Source: the human T2T-CHM13v2.0 reference genome, Homo sapiens
NCBI RefSeq assembly: GCF_009914755.1
Contig: NC_060936.1
Strand: one strand, 5' to 3'
Length of the DNA: 64,000 nt
This document shows, one piece after another, positions 40,552-56,318 of this stretch. The notes beneath the pieces were generated by a model. It ran no database searches. It worked only from the letters and a program-made list of their open reading frames with translations, and was not told the origin of the DNA. Position 1 is the stretch's first letter, and each line of letters starts with the position of its first letter. The position numbers were made by a program, and so were the translations under genes.

Positions 40552-40715
40552 AGCTGGTTGCAGTGGCTCACACCTGTAATCCCAGCTACTTGGGAGGCCG
40601 AGGCAGGAGGATCACTTGAGCAGAAGAATTGAACAGGAATTCAAATCCAGCCTGGGCAATATAGTGATACCCTGTCTCAAAAAAAAAAGGAAAAAAACTA
40701 AAAAAAAAAAAAAAA
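40552..40715 (+). mobile_element. FLAM/Alu monomer with long A tail
   Basis: Single arm ending 'ccctgtctc' plus poly(A). Confidence 0.85.
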
Positions 40716-42804
40716 TCTGCATGGGTGTGCACATACATTTTGTAGTTTACACGGCACTTCATTTACATTGTCCTGCCTAATTCTCATACCTTTGTTACCT
40801 TATGAAAAATTCTAAAATACGGTGACACAATGGGTCTTCATCATATGGTGATTCACTCACCACCACAGTATCAACCTTGGACATTAGACCTGTAAAGATC
40901 TCATTATCTCATTAAAAGAATCCTGACTCATCATCATCAAATAACACAGAAATGAACAAAAAGATGGAAAAATATGAATTTTAAAAATTTACAAGCTCTG
41001 TCAACATACAAGTTTTATTATATATTTATCAGATGTGTGTCTTAAGCATTTGTTGAAATTTGTCTCACATCAGTAGGCTGCTTGATTGGTTCAAAAATAA
41101 GATGCAGAATTTGGCCTTTAGGTTTCTCTGTTTTACAAATACAGGTATAGATACACATATTAAAAGTGTACACATAGCACATGCATACACTGAACAGCAT
41201 AAACACTGAACAAAACATAAATCTAATAAAAAATCATACTTAAATATAAGATCAGAAGACTTTAATATGATGGCTAGTTATCAGTCACTCATGAAAATTG
41301 AATAGACAGAAAGATTTAAGGAAGCAAAATGCCACTTCTCCTCCAGAAAGCCTTTGTGGGGAGCTGATATCTGAGGACTATTTCACAAGAGAAATTAAAG
41401 AGCTGACAAAGCAAGAAGGATTGGGTGCCTTTTTTTTCAGATGAAGGACATGTTGAGGAACAAAGATTACAAGCAGGAAAGCAGCAAGAAACAAAAGGGA
41501 TAATTACACTGTCAAGAGTGACAGAGTGATGGGATTTACGGAGGGGGCTGGAAATCTCAGACTCATCTGTGGGATATAAAATTCAGTCTCTGTGGTTGGC
41601 AAGGAAGAAAATCTTAAAAACAAATCCCTGAAGAGGAAAGCACTGGCTCAGAAGAGTTCAAATATCTGCCAAAGTCCAAGTAGAAGGACCAGAACAAAAG
41701 CTCTGTAGTGATACATGCCAGGTAGTTATAAAAAATGGTCAAGGGAGGGGGTCAGATTTTGTGAAAAAGCCTGATGTCTGTGTGGTGACAGCAAAAAATG
41801 AAGATACACACTTACATACATACACATGGAATGCTTTCTTGCCAGAGATATTAGTGATATAGTGGGCACTCCTTAAAATAGTGAGACAGCAAAAAGAGGC
41901 AAATTTTGAAATGACAATCTGTAGCTTTATTTTTCTTAACTTGGTCTGAGCTGGTAATTAGTTAATCTGTTCCTGCTTTGCCTCCTGAAAGAATGAATAA
42001 AGATTTACCGAGTGCCTACTATGTAGTGTGTACTATATTAGGGATAAATGAAATCATATAGTCATCCTTGAAGCAGAAATGATTACTCCACTTTCATTAG
42101 TGATGTAGAAGGAAGAGAGAGGAAAATTTAATTCAGGCTAATTAAATAGAAAGCTATTTTCATTACTGAAAGTTATGAGTTGGAAAAGACACAGCATAAC
42201 CAGAACTGTACTAATTTAAACATATGACAACTTAGATTTCAATTGTTAAACAGTTAAGAATGACTACAGTTCAGTGAGTGGTATTTTTTCAAGGTCTGAA
42301 ACTCACTAGCTCTCTGAAACCATCATTCCACTCAGGAAATTTTATGAATTTGTTTAGTTAAATCTAAGTTAAGTACAAGTGACTACGTTTTTACTGTTTA
42401 AATTTTTTACAAAGCCTGGGCACCTGGGGTTCTGATTACTTCCCTCGTGGATTTAATATCTACCTTTATACGTAGGACTTTACACAACTGGGTTTGCTTT
42501 AGAAGCAACGATTCGAAGTAGATTAACTCTCACTATATCCCCAAGTAGATCTGACCATTTGGCATATAGTATATATTTCTAAATCAACAACTCATTTTAT
42601 CATCCCAAATTCATTGTTTTACTTGTGTCCATCACTCCTCATTCTTGTGTTTTATTTTAAACATAATTGAAACACTTTAATATTTCCTTTAATGTTGGTA
42701 GATACTAATAAATTTAACTTAAGACAACTGACCCATTGCTACAACTTTTGTAAATACAGTAAAGCAAGGTATTTAAAATTCTGACTCATTAAAATAAAGA
42801 ATAA

Positions 42805-43122
<318 letters not shown>

Positions 43123-44139
43123 TTACTAAGATGCTTTTATCAAGATGGTTCTCCCATAATGCTTTAATAAATGATGAAAAACTTATAACTGCAGCATAGA
43201 ATAATTCCCTACCAGGTCTGACTGCAATGGAAAGATTTAAAGCCCTGTGAAATGAGTAAGCCCCTGCTACTTAGCACTGAAAGGGAATAATCAACAGATT
43301 AAAAAGCATTGATGTAGCTAATTCTACTAAATCATTAGTTTTGCATTCTACCTACTAGCTTTTTAGTGATGGAACTTTAACTGTTACCAAAAGCGTAGTC
43401 GACTGGTATTATAGAAAGAAAACACAAGTGACCTAATCCAGAAGAATCATGCCAACCATAAAACTCAGCAGATTATTCATCACCATGGCAATAAAAGCAG
43501 GCACGGAAGCCAATTCATAGATTCCATTTTCAAACCAGGGGGGGTGCCTTGTGGGTGTATGTGTGTATATAACTTATCCAGTGTCCTTGCCATGCTAATA
43601 ACAATCCAAGATGAAGCTTAAAGAAACTACAGCAGTGGCCCTTTTAAGAACACTGGATCCCGACTCATGGAAGGGTCATCTGTTCCTCACTACAAAGAAC
43701 CTTAGAGAATGTTACACAAACACAGCAACAATAATAAGGAACACTCTCCCGGGTGCTGAGTCATTAATAGAATTTGAAGAGTCAGGCATTGCTCCTAATA
43801 CCACCATATTTATGTGAGGATAGCATATATCTTTTACATGAAAATACAAGGCCTAAAATCACAGATTTTACTATTTACATTTCAGTGAAATATTTATGCT
43901 TTGTGACTTACTTGAACACAAAACAACACTCCATTCCTGAGACTTTCAATAAGTTTAAACTGAAAATGTTTGTTGCAGAGATGCTATTTCTAGAAATATT
44001 TAAAGCACAATATATGTTAATATCAAACTTTGGTAGCAAAATATTCAAGCCAATAAAAATGGGCTAAAGGACACTGTTAAGAAAATGAAAAGACAAGCCA
44101 CAGACTAGCAGAAAATATTTGTAAATCCATCTTTTTTAA

Positions 44140-45110
44140 AAACATTTCTTGTAAGGCACTGTGCTGGCAGCAAATTCCCAGTTCTTTTGTCTGAGAAAGT
44201 CTTTACTCCTCCTTCACTTTTGAAGGATAATTTTACTGGATACTGAATTCTAAGTGATTTTTGTTTCTGTTTTCCAATACTTTACATACTTCATTCTACT
44301 CTCTTCTTGCTTACATAGTTTTTGAAGAGATGTCCGATGTAATTCTTACCCTTAATCCCCTAAAGGTAAGGTGAAGTCACCCCCCGACCTGTCAAAATCT
44401 TCCCATTGTCTTTGAATTTCTGCAATTTGAATAAGATATGCCTGTCTGTAGATTTTTTGGTGTTTGTCCTGAGCTTGGCGTCTCTCATTAATTTTGAGCT
44501 TCCAACATTTGTGGTTTGATGTCTGTCATTAATTTTGGAAAATTCTCAGTCATTATTATTTCAAATATTTCTTTTGATCCTTTCTCTCTTTCTTCTCCTC
44601 ATGGCATTCCCATTCTGCATATGTTACACCTTTTGTAATTGTCTCACAATTCTTAAATATTCTGTTTCAGTTTTTTCCTTCTTCTTATGGCTTCGGTTAG
44701 GGAAGTTTCTATTGCCCTACCTCCAAGCTCACCGATTCTTTCATTAGCCCTCTCCAATCTACTGATGGCATCAAAGGAATCAAAGGCATTCTGCATTTCT
44801 GTTAGTTTTTAATTTCTTTAGTTGTGTCCCACAAATTTTGATATATTCTGTTCTCATTTTCATTTAGTCAGTGTATTTTTTATCTCCCTTGAAATTTTCT
44901 CTTTATCCTATGGATTATTTAGAAGTGTGTTGTGTTATCTTCTCAATGTTGGAGATTTACTTATCTTTCTGTTATTGATTTCTAGTTTGACTCCACTGTG
45001 TTCACAGAATGCGTGTATGATTTCAATCTGTCTAAATATGTTGAGGTACTTTTTATAAGCAGGAATACAGTTTATTTTGATATGTACAGTGCCTTCATTA
45101 ATGTTTACAT
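44140..45110 (-). mobile_element. Old L1M fragments
   Basis: 'ccttcacttttgaaggataattttactggata...', 'tttggaaaattctcagtcattatt', and an ORF2-like peptide (EIIHAFCEHSGVKLEINNR) on the minus strand. Confidence 0.75.
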
Positions 45111-46532
45111 AGGTATGATTAACTCTCAAGGTCTGTACCTCCCCACACACCTCTTGAATAGTATCTCTCGATTAATCCTGTTTAAATACATTTTGATTTA
45201 ACTATTCACAATACACTTCTAGGGATCAAGAACCTAAAATGGCTCCGTACTGGCTATCACAACACTGTAAATTCACCTGTGTAGCTTCTGAAGTCCATCG
45301 TCACCTGGAACCCTCTCCATTATATCAACTCCCATCTCTATAACTTTGGGGCATCTCAACTTTTCCTTAGTTTTGATAACCATATTGATAATTACAGTTA
45401 TTTGATAAACACTTTTGTAATACACACACACACACAGAGTCATTTACCCATTCAGCTAACTTATGAAATAGGTATGATAATCATGATTTTACAACAGAAG
45501 AAATAAAAGCTCAGAGTTTGGTACTTGCCCAAGACCACATAAGTTAAGTGGCAGAGCCAGGTTTCAAATTCAGATCTTGATTACTCTAAAACTTCTGCTG
45601 TCCATCACTGGAAGAATAAAAGCATGACTTTTTTTTTAGCACTTGATTCCATCCAGTTTAATTTAACCTATATTGGGGAGTATAAACTGTAAGCATGGAG
45701 CTAGGTACTTGAAGACAATTCTGAAAAATAAAGATTCAACAAGATACACTAGAACTAGACTATAATTGTCTGCAGGCAGCTTAAAAACGATGGGACTTTA
45801 AGATAGATAATTCTAGTTTGTAAATAAAACTATGAACTCTTTGAGGGCAGGGGCCTTCTCTTTACCCTGGCATATGACTACTCAATCTTCTCTGTATTTG
45901 CTTCCTGTTTTCCTTTTAAGAGAATTACGAACCTATTAGGACCACTATACATTGTTATCAGTATCGACTAGTTTCTAACCGCTGCTCATCTATACTTCCT
46001 TTCTTGTTGGTTCCTTAAGAGAGTCTCCCATAATAACTATGTCCTCAAATTATAATATAGCCCTTCTTTTCCTTCACTCCCCTCAGAAAATAATTGCATC
46101 TCCCATATAACTAAAAAAAAAAGAGATACAAATGGCATGCCCTCCTTTACATATAAATAAGAATATCTACAATAGCACACAAGGTCTATTAGATGTTAAA
46201 TACTGCTTTAAAAATAGATTCACAGATGACATTTCAAATATCCCATTTACTTATTTCAGAAATGCCTCTTGTGCAAAAAGTTCAGTCAAAAATATATATC
46301 ATAGTACCTTAAAGGCATATCTATATATGACATAGAAATTCATCTTTTTTAGATAGAATAATTAAAATGTCATGGGCAACTGCTATCCAGGTTTTTAGCT
46401 AGCTTAACCAAATCCTCTAAACAGAATTCCTGTAGCCTTGGAAATGTTTATTCTCTTTTCAAAGTATTTTGAAGACAAATTCAGAATATAAAACTTTAAT
46501 AAGCCTTCCACCATTAAAAATATTTAATTGAC

Positions 46533-46825
<293 letters not shown>

Positions 46826-48328
46826 TAATTGACTTTTAATTGGCTTTTTCACATCATGTGACTTCATGCTAAAGATTCTAAGAGCTAAAGTATTTTCTGA
46901 ATAGAGAAGATTTTTTTCTAGTATTCTTGCATAAAAATATTTCATTTTGTCTTCGTGTAAGGGTCAATAATTTCAATCATCCCCCAAACTGGCAGCAAAA
47001 AGCTGTTCAGTGTGCTGTTAGCTAACCCCTACAGCTTGTGCAGTCATATTCTGAATGAAAAACAGAAGATAAAGTGTGTGTGTGCATGTGTGTGTGTAGG
47101 CAAAAGGAAGCTGGGTGGTTAATCACTATATATATCTGTTCCTTAAAATCTGATTTCAGGATGGAATTTTTTCATTTTATCCATAAAAAGGAAACAAACT
47201 GAAAAGGTAGATTTTTTTCTTTCAAACTGGCTACTACTTAAATAACTGCCTACTCCTGAGAGTAGGTAAGTCTAAAGTGAAACTACGCATTTCATAAAAC
47301 TCTAACCCTATTCCCAGTAATGCAGCTCATTAGTGACCAATTAACCCATTTTCATAAGTCTATATTAATCTCAGCCAGAAATGTTGACATATCTCTAGGG
47401 CTGGCTGGACATTCTCATCTTAACGAGATGAATGGTGTATCAAAGAAACTATGACTACACACAATTTGTCAAGGTGATCTACTGTATCGAGACCTTCATC
47501 AACAATGCATTCCATTTTGAGCCCATTAGTACAAAACTCCCTTTAGGTTTTCCCACATAATTATGGTGATAATGACAACAACAATGAGGAGAAGATATCA
47601 GTAATAACAATACTTACATTATTCTGTGAACTTCTTTGTGCTCCACAATGTACGAGGCATTTTATATACACTATCTCATTTAATCCTAACAATCCCAACA
47701 CTACACCCCTTTTACAACTATAACATTTAAGGCTCAGAGAGCATGCATGCCCAAAACTAAACAGTGAAGACTATGAAGCCCGGCCTATCTGCTACATCCT
47801 ACACTCACTATCTACATAAAAAAGCAACTGGTAAATGTTCCTTAAAACTATTTTTCTTTAAATAGTCAATTATTTTTTGGAGAAGTCAAATAAATGACCT
47901 ACTGTTTACTAAGAAACAACATTTCTTAAAGATGAAAAAGAATATGATTTGCAATAAAGAGAACACAAAAGTACTTGCCAGATTACTCATAGTTTGGAGG
48001 TTACAGTGGCCACAGGAGAATAAAACTCTTGAGCTAGCGCTGAAGATTAAAGGACATGTTGTTAATCATTGTTAAGGCTTTGAATACAGCCACCTCGGTC
48101 ATTATGCAAGGAACAGAATAAGTAAGCTATGTGAGGAAAATATAACGTTTTCTTGTAGACTAAGACACAGAAATAGCAGCTGCAACATTAGACAAAAATG
48201 ACCACCTAGGTAGTCATGACTACCACACTAGAATTGAACGATACCTAAATAATGGAGTACATGGAGATGATTTTACTAGCAGCTGACCAGCATTCCTCTC
48301 CCAAAACAGATACTGGAAAGAAATATAA

Positions 48329-48719
48329 TGTATTCGTCCATTTTCACACTGCTATAAAGATACTACACAAGATTGGGTAATTTATAAAGGAAAGAGGTTT
48401 AATTGACTCACAGTTCCACGGGCTTAACAGGAAGCATAGCTGAGAGGCCTCAGGAAACTTAGAATCATGGTGGAAGGGGAAGGGGAAGCAAGCCCGTCTA
48501 ACAGGTGAGAGGGGACAGTGTGTGAAGGAGGAACTGTCAAACACTTAATAAAACCATCAGATCTCATGAGAACTCACTCTCTATCGTGAGAACAGCATGG
48601 GGAAAACCATTCCCATGATCCAATCACCTCCCACCAGCTCCCTCCCTCAACACATGGGGATTCTGGGGATTATAATTTGAGATGAGATTTGGGTGAGGAC
48701 ACAGAGCCAATCCATATCA
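48329..48719 (-). mobile_element. MSTA-like solo MaLR LTR
   Basis: tgtattcgtccatttt...gaggacacagagccaatccatatca. Confidence 0.88.
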
Positions 48720-49088
48720 TATTGTTCATTAAATAGTATCTTGGCACCTTTAAAAAGCCTAGATATACCTTTTGTGAGATGAAGAAAGAATAAAAGGACA
48801 TGTGAAAACACCTCAGCCCAGAGATAAGAGGACCACATGTTCTTGGTGGATGGAAGAAGAATAACAACAACAGAAATAAAGGCAGGTAAAAAGAAAAACA
48901 AACAAACAGAAAAACTAATGGAGATAGAAGAAATATCCATTCCATTTTACTAAGCATCATACCACATATATCAAGGCATCCAGATGAATGATTAAAATTC
49001 TAGAGAAGGGACTAGGCTTTTCTCCACAGCAAGAAATGTAAAAACATTGAAAATAATGTAAGCTGGTTTTTAATGGAAAATACATTTT

Positions 49089-49367
49089 TATTTTTATTTT
49101 CTTGAAAAAGGGTCTCACTCTGTCACCCAGGCTGGAGTACAGTGATGCAATCTCAGCTCACTGCAGCCTTCACCTCCTGGACTCAAGTGATCCTCCCACC
49201 TCAGCCTCCCAAGTCAGTGAGACCCTCAGCTAATTTTTGTATTTTTTGTAGAGAAAGGGTCTCTCCATGTTGCCCAGACTAGTCTCAAACTCCTGAGCTC
49301 AAGTAATCCTCCCATCTCAGCCTCCCCAAAGTTCTGGGATTACAGGACTGAGTCATCATGCCTGGCC
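49089..49367 (-). mobile_element. AluJ
   Basis: Reverse dimer; TSD-like gaaaatacatttt / gaaaattcatttt. Confidence 0.92.
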
Positions 49368-49639
49368 AGAAAATTCATTTTTAATAACCTATAGATTAAC
49401 AATGCCTTCAAAAATTTTCAAGTGATGTGTAGTTCTAAAAATGTCAATGCTTTCAAGACCATATAATCAGTTTAGTTTTGTTTTCTCTCCTCCTCAGCTG
49501 CTTCCTCCTCTTCCTTTTCTTCTATTTGTTTGCCAGTTTATTCAGAAACAACATATAAGATGGCCCTGTTTTACTACTGTTCCAGGGGCATTAGGCTACA
49601 ATAACATTCAAAAGTTTCATGCTTAAAAAGATTCTCTGT

Positions 49640-50011
<372 letters not shown>

Positions 50012-51076
50012 TCACTGTGACACTTCACGATATTAATACTTCTACCTTACATTGTTCATAATAAAATACTTTCATATCGATGATCTCAATTGATTCTTAT
50101 AACATGTAAGCTGGAAGGTAAGCAGGGCCAACTGCCATATCATTTCCATTTTAAAAATAAGCAAACTGACACAAAGATGTCAAGGAACTAGGGTCACAAC
50201 ACTGAAGGGCATCTGTAGCACAGCCCAGGTATTGACAGGGAGCTCCGAATGCCTAGCCTGGAACCCTCACCACGACTTCACACTAACAGCATTTCATGGA
50301 TAACTGTAGTATTCCCAGGTACATGCAAATGACAAAGTTTCCAAAGAAACAGTAGACTGATTTAAGTATACTAATTTTTCTACAAATGAACTCACCTCAG
50401 AAATGAAAATAAGCTCCAATTCTTACGTTTCTACTTTAGTCCAATGAAGGCTAAGTTAAAGGTATTCTGCATGTAACAAAATGATAAAAGAAAAATATTC
50501 ATTTTGAAGCACAATATGCAAACCATAGTTGCTTTTGCTTAAGAAATATATTTCATTCTTCCCTATACTTTTTTGCTCCCTCTTTTTTATCAAGATTCAA
50601 AATTATATAGATGGAAAAAATGAAGAGGAAAGAGATCATGAAGGATCAAATATTGTCTTATGGCGCATCCCACGTTAATGCTACTTGACTTAATCCTTAC
50701 AGTAACCCTAGGAAGTACTGAAAAAGCTAACATTCTAAGATTAAAACTATGATTTGAATCCATGTCTAATCCTAAATGCCTCAAAGCTACTTAATTTTGA
50801 ATCTTTTTAATATTTTTCTAGCGTTTTATAAACTGTAAGTAAAATAGGCACATTTAAGTACTTCTTCTATGTAGATGTGCATGTATATTGAGCTCAAAGC
50901 CTACAAATAAACATAGTAATCAGGTTATTTAAATTGTAGACCTTTTAAAAGTGCATGTTATTAAATGTAACCTATATCTGTGTAACTTACTGTTGTAAAA
51001 TATATGTTGAATATGTATCTATCAATTAAATATTTAAACAATCCATAATTGGCAATATTTTTAAAAACTTATATAG

Positions 51077-51413
<337 letters not shown>

Positions 51414-52694
51414 GAGTTTGTGTTTTAAACCAAAAACTATCCTAGTATCATGTCACTTTAATGAACTGTAATAATTAACAATATTAACTTTTTTATAACA
51501 TGAGTCTAGCACCAAGGAAAATGGACTTTGGAGTAAAGGAGATCTGGATTTGAATTCCAACGCCATAAGTTAACACTACGGAAATACTGAAGAGAATTTC
51601 ATTCTTCTGTACAGAGGTTAATATAATAAAAAATCACTTGCCTGGAGGCCACACATATATGACAACCTCAGCAATGTCATAAAGTAAGTGTAAAACCTAT
51701 ATGGCTAGCTAAATAGATGTCACACCCTCTATCTATGTGCTGAACTTCTGCATTTTACTCACAGAAGATGCCCTCAAGCTTGGTTAAGATCTTATTAATA
51801 AATCTTTCTTTTTCTATAGGTTCTAATGAAGTTAGTAAGCAAATCAATCCGCAGCAGGTTAGAAGCATTAAATTTGAATTTAGGAAGCTAGGGTTGCTAG
51901 ATGTGGCAGAAAGAAGAAAGAAATTGGTGTATTATGATAATGAGAGAAAAATAATACATAAGATGCAAAGAAAAAATGCATAAGGCATCCTCAGAGTATG
52001 TGATATAGAACCATACAACCAAGCATATATCAATACCCTCCATGGAGACACTATATTACAGCCCCAATAAACAGTACGCATGATGATGAATTTACATTAT
52101 GCTTATGAAGGATGGGATGTGCTCAATGCTTATAAGAAAAATTATCCTAAATACTTAAAAAAATAAAATCTTCATATTTAAAGTAACATACTTTAATTCA
52201 TGTAGCTAGACAGCTAGGAAACTCAGTTGTTTTTGAATTTGAAAAGCACACTATTAGGTAAACCTGATAAATGAGATGTTAGTATAGTTAACAGAACAAC
52301 TATTAGGGGCTCAGGCCTCATACCTAGTACCAGACAGTGTACTAAACACAATAGTGTAGGTCTCTTCTTTCAAAAAGCTCACAGCTCAGTAGAAAATACC
52401 ACCATAAATATCAATAAATTGTAATACTATTTGGTGCCGTAATAGAGGTTAAACAAAAGACATATAATGTTTAATTTTCTCCTTTTATGACATTACCAGC
52501 TACTGAAGTTCAAAGCCTAGACACTTTAGTTCAGAAAGGGTTGCAAAACGTGACTTTAAGAAGGCTGAAACAAACAAAATAGTTTAGAAAAAATATACCA
52601 AAGGGAAGACTCTGTAACATAGATTAAAAATAAGCATCAGAAGTTCCATCCCTCCTCCTTTCTACAAAGAAAAATAATGACAACAACAACAACA

Positions 52695-52935
52695 ACTAAC
52701 ATCTACTGAGAGCTTACTATGTTCCAGGCTCTGCTCTAAGTGCCTAATGTATATGAACTCATTTAATCCTCACAATGACCCTATGAGGGAAGTTCTATTA
52801 TTATCCTAAATTAACAGATGATAAAATTGAGGCATGAAGACATTAAATTATTTGCCCAAAGTGACACTGGTAAGTGAAGAACTAAAACTGAAAACAGAAA
52901 GTCCGGCTTCAGAGCCCATGATGCTAACTATTATA
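52695..52935 (-). mobile_element. MIR
   Basis: 'gagcttactatgttccaggc...catttaatcctcacaatgaccctatgagg...cagatgataaaattgaggc'. Confidence 0.85.
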
Positions 52936-53824
52936 TACCCAAATATTAAAAACTTAATGATGCTACTGTGTTGTAGAAAATATAGTTCTCAAAGCATATC
53001 CTAGTGACTTTTTTTTAAATATTATTAAATCTGTTTCAACAGTCCCGCGACACCAATTATTTTCCATTTTTGCTCATTTACCAATACATGTTTATGATTT
53101 GGATCTATCTGCTCTATATTCCTCAGGTGTTTTTTGTAAGTACATGAAAAACTTCCCTAAGACTCCTGTCATTAAAAACTCAGAAACTAAGAAAGAGTAG
53201 CATTTTTCCACTTTTTATACAAACTTTAAAATTAGCTAAACAAATAGTAAATGAGGGGAATTCGCTCTTCACAGAAATATTTTTTATTTTAATTTTGTAT
53301 ATAAACTACCGAAATAGATATATTTCCTAGTGTTATTTTTGGTAGATAGTGTTTAATACATAGTAGCTAATATTTTAATTGTGAATATCTAACTATTATT
53401 CTAATTAATATCACTTTTATTCTAACTAATATTAGACTCATTTCTCAACTGCCAGCTATATTTCCCATAGATGTAAATGATCATTTAGAAACACACCCAC
53501 CCTGAGTGGCTAAGAAACCCTTTTGCACATTGCAGATATAGGTAGTCTTCACATAATTAACAAGATTTTGCCTATAACTCCTATTCACCTAAGTTGTGAA
53601 GATAAAGGATAAATAATATTGTTAGGAAAATTTAAAGATGGGCTTCTGTCACTTAAATACCCAAAGTTAAGTTACATTTTCAATATGTTTGGTGTTTGAA
53701 GGATCAATCTATACTAAAAATATCAAAATAATTCATTGAACTTACTGAAGGTCCTTCTATAATAAGAACATTCTTAGCCCTGAAGATAAAATATTAACAA
53801 AGAACAACTTCCTTCCAACTCACT

Positions 53825-53866
53825 TTATGCCCTAGGGCATTCTGCATTATTATGCCCTAGGGCATT
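53825..53866. repeat. 17-bp direct repeat, each copy containing the 14-bp palindrome ATGCCCTAGGGCAT
   Basis: ttatgccctagggcatt at 53825-53841 and 53850-53866. Confidence 0.95.
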
Positions 53867-54279
53867 TTAAGTACCTTAAAGCACTTGTGTTGTATTTAAT
53901 ATCAGTCATTTGTTTGCATATTTGTCTCATAGTTGGAATATAAACTACAAAAGGACACAGGCCAACTTGGTTTTTTTTTTGTAATACCAGCAGCTACAAA
54001 GTCCTGGCAATAGCAGGTGCTTAATAAATGTTTGTTGAATCCACTTACAAGCATACACCTTCACTCCAAGGACCTCAGATTAAATCATTAAGCGTGCCAC
54101 GTTAAACAGTCCATGGTGGAGCTAAATCTACCAAACCTGAGACACGACTCTCAAGAGACTTTCATTTGGTCTTATTCTGACCCCTTAGTCCATGCAGGCA
54201 TGTCTATGCAGATTGCTCTAATATAGCACAGACTACATCCCTGGGTTACTATTCTAAGCCTAGATCCTTTAATCTATAA

Positions 54280-54515
54280 TAATAGCTAATACTCACTGAT
54301 AGCACTCTATGTACCAGGTACAACACAAAACACATCATATACCTTAGTTCATGTGATCTTTACAATAACCTGAGAATAGTATTACTCCCATTTTACAGGT
54401 GAAGATGCTGAGGCCTTAAAGAGGTTACAAAAAATGTTTAAAGTCCCAAGATCATAGGGCAGAGGCAAGATTTGAGCCACATCTGTCAGACAGTACAGTC
54501 CACATTCTCCACCAC
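54280..54515 (-). mobile_element. MIR
   Basis: 'actcccattttacaggtgaagatgctgaggc' core. Confidence 0.75.
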
Positions 54516-54535
54516 TGACATTCCTAAACAGAAGG

Positions 54536-55074
54536 TGTGATGATTAATTTTGGGTGCCAACTTCACTAAATTAAGGAATACCTAGATAGCTGGTAAAACA
54601 TTACTTCTGGGTGTATCTGTGACGGTGTTTCTGGGAGAGATTGGCGTGTGAGTCGGTGGCCTGGGGAGGAGGATCTGCTGCCCTGAATGTGGATGGGCAC
54701 CCATCCAATCGACTGGGGGACCAGATGGAACAAAAAGGTGGAGGAAGGGTGAATTTCTTCCCACTCTTCCATAGTCAGGACACCCTTCTTCTCCCGACCT
54801 TGGATGTTAGAACTCCAGGGTCTCTGGTTTTTGGACCCTGAGACTCACACCTGCAGCTCCTCAGGCTCTTGGGCCCTCAGCTTCCCTGGTTCACCATCAA
54901 CTTCCCTGGTTCTCCAGCTTGCAGATGGCCTATCGTGGGACTTCTCAGCCTCCACAATTGTGTTAGCCAGTTCCCCTAATAAGCCCCTTATCATCTATCC
55001 ATCCATCCATCCACCCATCCATCCATAAATAGATATCCTATTATTTCTGTCTCTGGAGAACTCTGACTAGTACA
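54536..55074 (+). mobile_element. MLT2 (ERVL) solo LTR
   Basis: tgtgatgattaatttt...ctggagaactctgactagtaca; perfect 5-bp TSD gaagg; internal (ATCC)n. Confidence 0.92.
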
Positions 55075-55491
55075 GAAGGCTACTAGTAAACAAAGCTTTT
55101 CAAAGAAGCCTCTAAAGGTCCCTTGAGGTCACTTTAGATAGTTTTTAATGAGCTTTTAAAAAGCAATGTTTGTTTCCTTGTGGGAGTCTACCATTTTCAA
55201 CTCTTACATTCTCTGACACACAGGGACTCAGGAATACAGAGAATACTAACCAAAAGAAGCTACTCCGAGGTGACGGCAAAGTTAAGGATAAAAAGCATGC
55301 TCAAAGAAAAAATCGGAGCAGACTAGAAATCTTGTGAGCAAAACACTAGAAAAAAAAATCAAACTCCTAGATGCACAATCTTATTGCATAAAGGACCAAA
55401 TCTCTATTAATAACTAAAATCTTTATAGGGCTTAAAAACTCTAGAGCACCTACAAGCATACACACTAAGTTCACTAAATGGGAAATTCGTA

Positions 55492-55788
55492 GGCTGGGAG
55501 CGGTGGCTCACGCCTGTAATCCCAGCACTTTGGGAGGCTGAGGCTGGCAGATCATGAGGTCAGGAGTTGGAGACCAGCCTGGCCAACATGGTGAAACCCC
55601 GTCTCTACTAAAAATACAAAAATTAGCCAGGCGTGGTGGTGCATGCCTGTAATCCCAGCTACTCGGGAGGCCAAGGCAGGAGAACTGCTAGAACCCAGAA
55701 GGCGTAGGTTGCGGTGAACCGAGATCATGCCACTACACTCCAGCCTGGGCTACAGAGCAAGACTCCATCTAGAAAAAATAAAAAATAA

Positions 55789-55825
<37 letters not shown>

Positions 55826-55826
55826 A
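55492..55826 (+). mobile_element. AluS with (TAAA)n tail
   Basis: Full dimer. Confidence 0.95.
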
Positions 55827-56318
55827 TAGGAAGTTCCTGAGGCAAAAAGCTGCTGCTAGAACATATGTGTCATATAGATTTAATGCTAAAATTTACATGA
55901 GAGCCAGTACAGGCTAAAGAATAAGACAGTCTCTCCCAAGTTTAAATTTCAGCTCTGCCAATTAATACATGACTTCAGGAAAGGTACTTATCAACTACTC
56001 TGAGCCTCAGTCTCCAGTATGTAAAATAGAAACAATAATACCTCCCTGTAGCGAAATTAAGAGAAATGTGGCTAATGCATCATGTCCACAACCATTAAGT
56101 TGAGTACATCTACGTGGATTGGTAATGATAGAAAAAAGGTCAATTTCTTTTTTAAAAAATGGTGCTTTTAGTGACCTGTATGTTCCAAAGCAGCAGCAGC
56201 CAAGAAACTGACCAATAATGGAGAGTTGTCCTAAAGTCCAAATTCCCAGGCAGAATTGGACTGCCCACAAAGAAGACCCTACCCAGAGAGAGGGGTATAT
56301 CTAAAAAATGCTCTTCAC

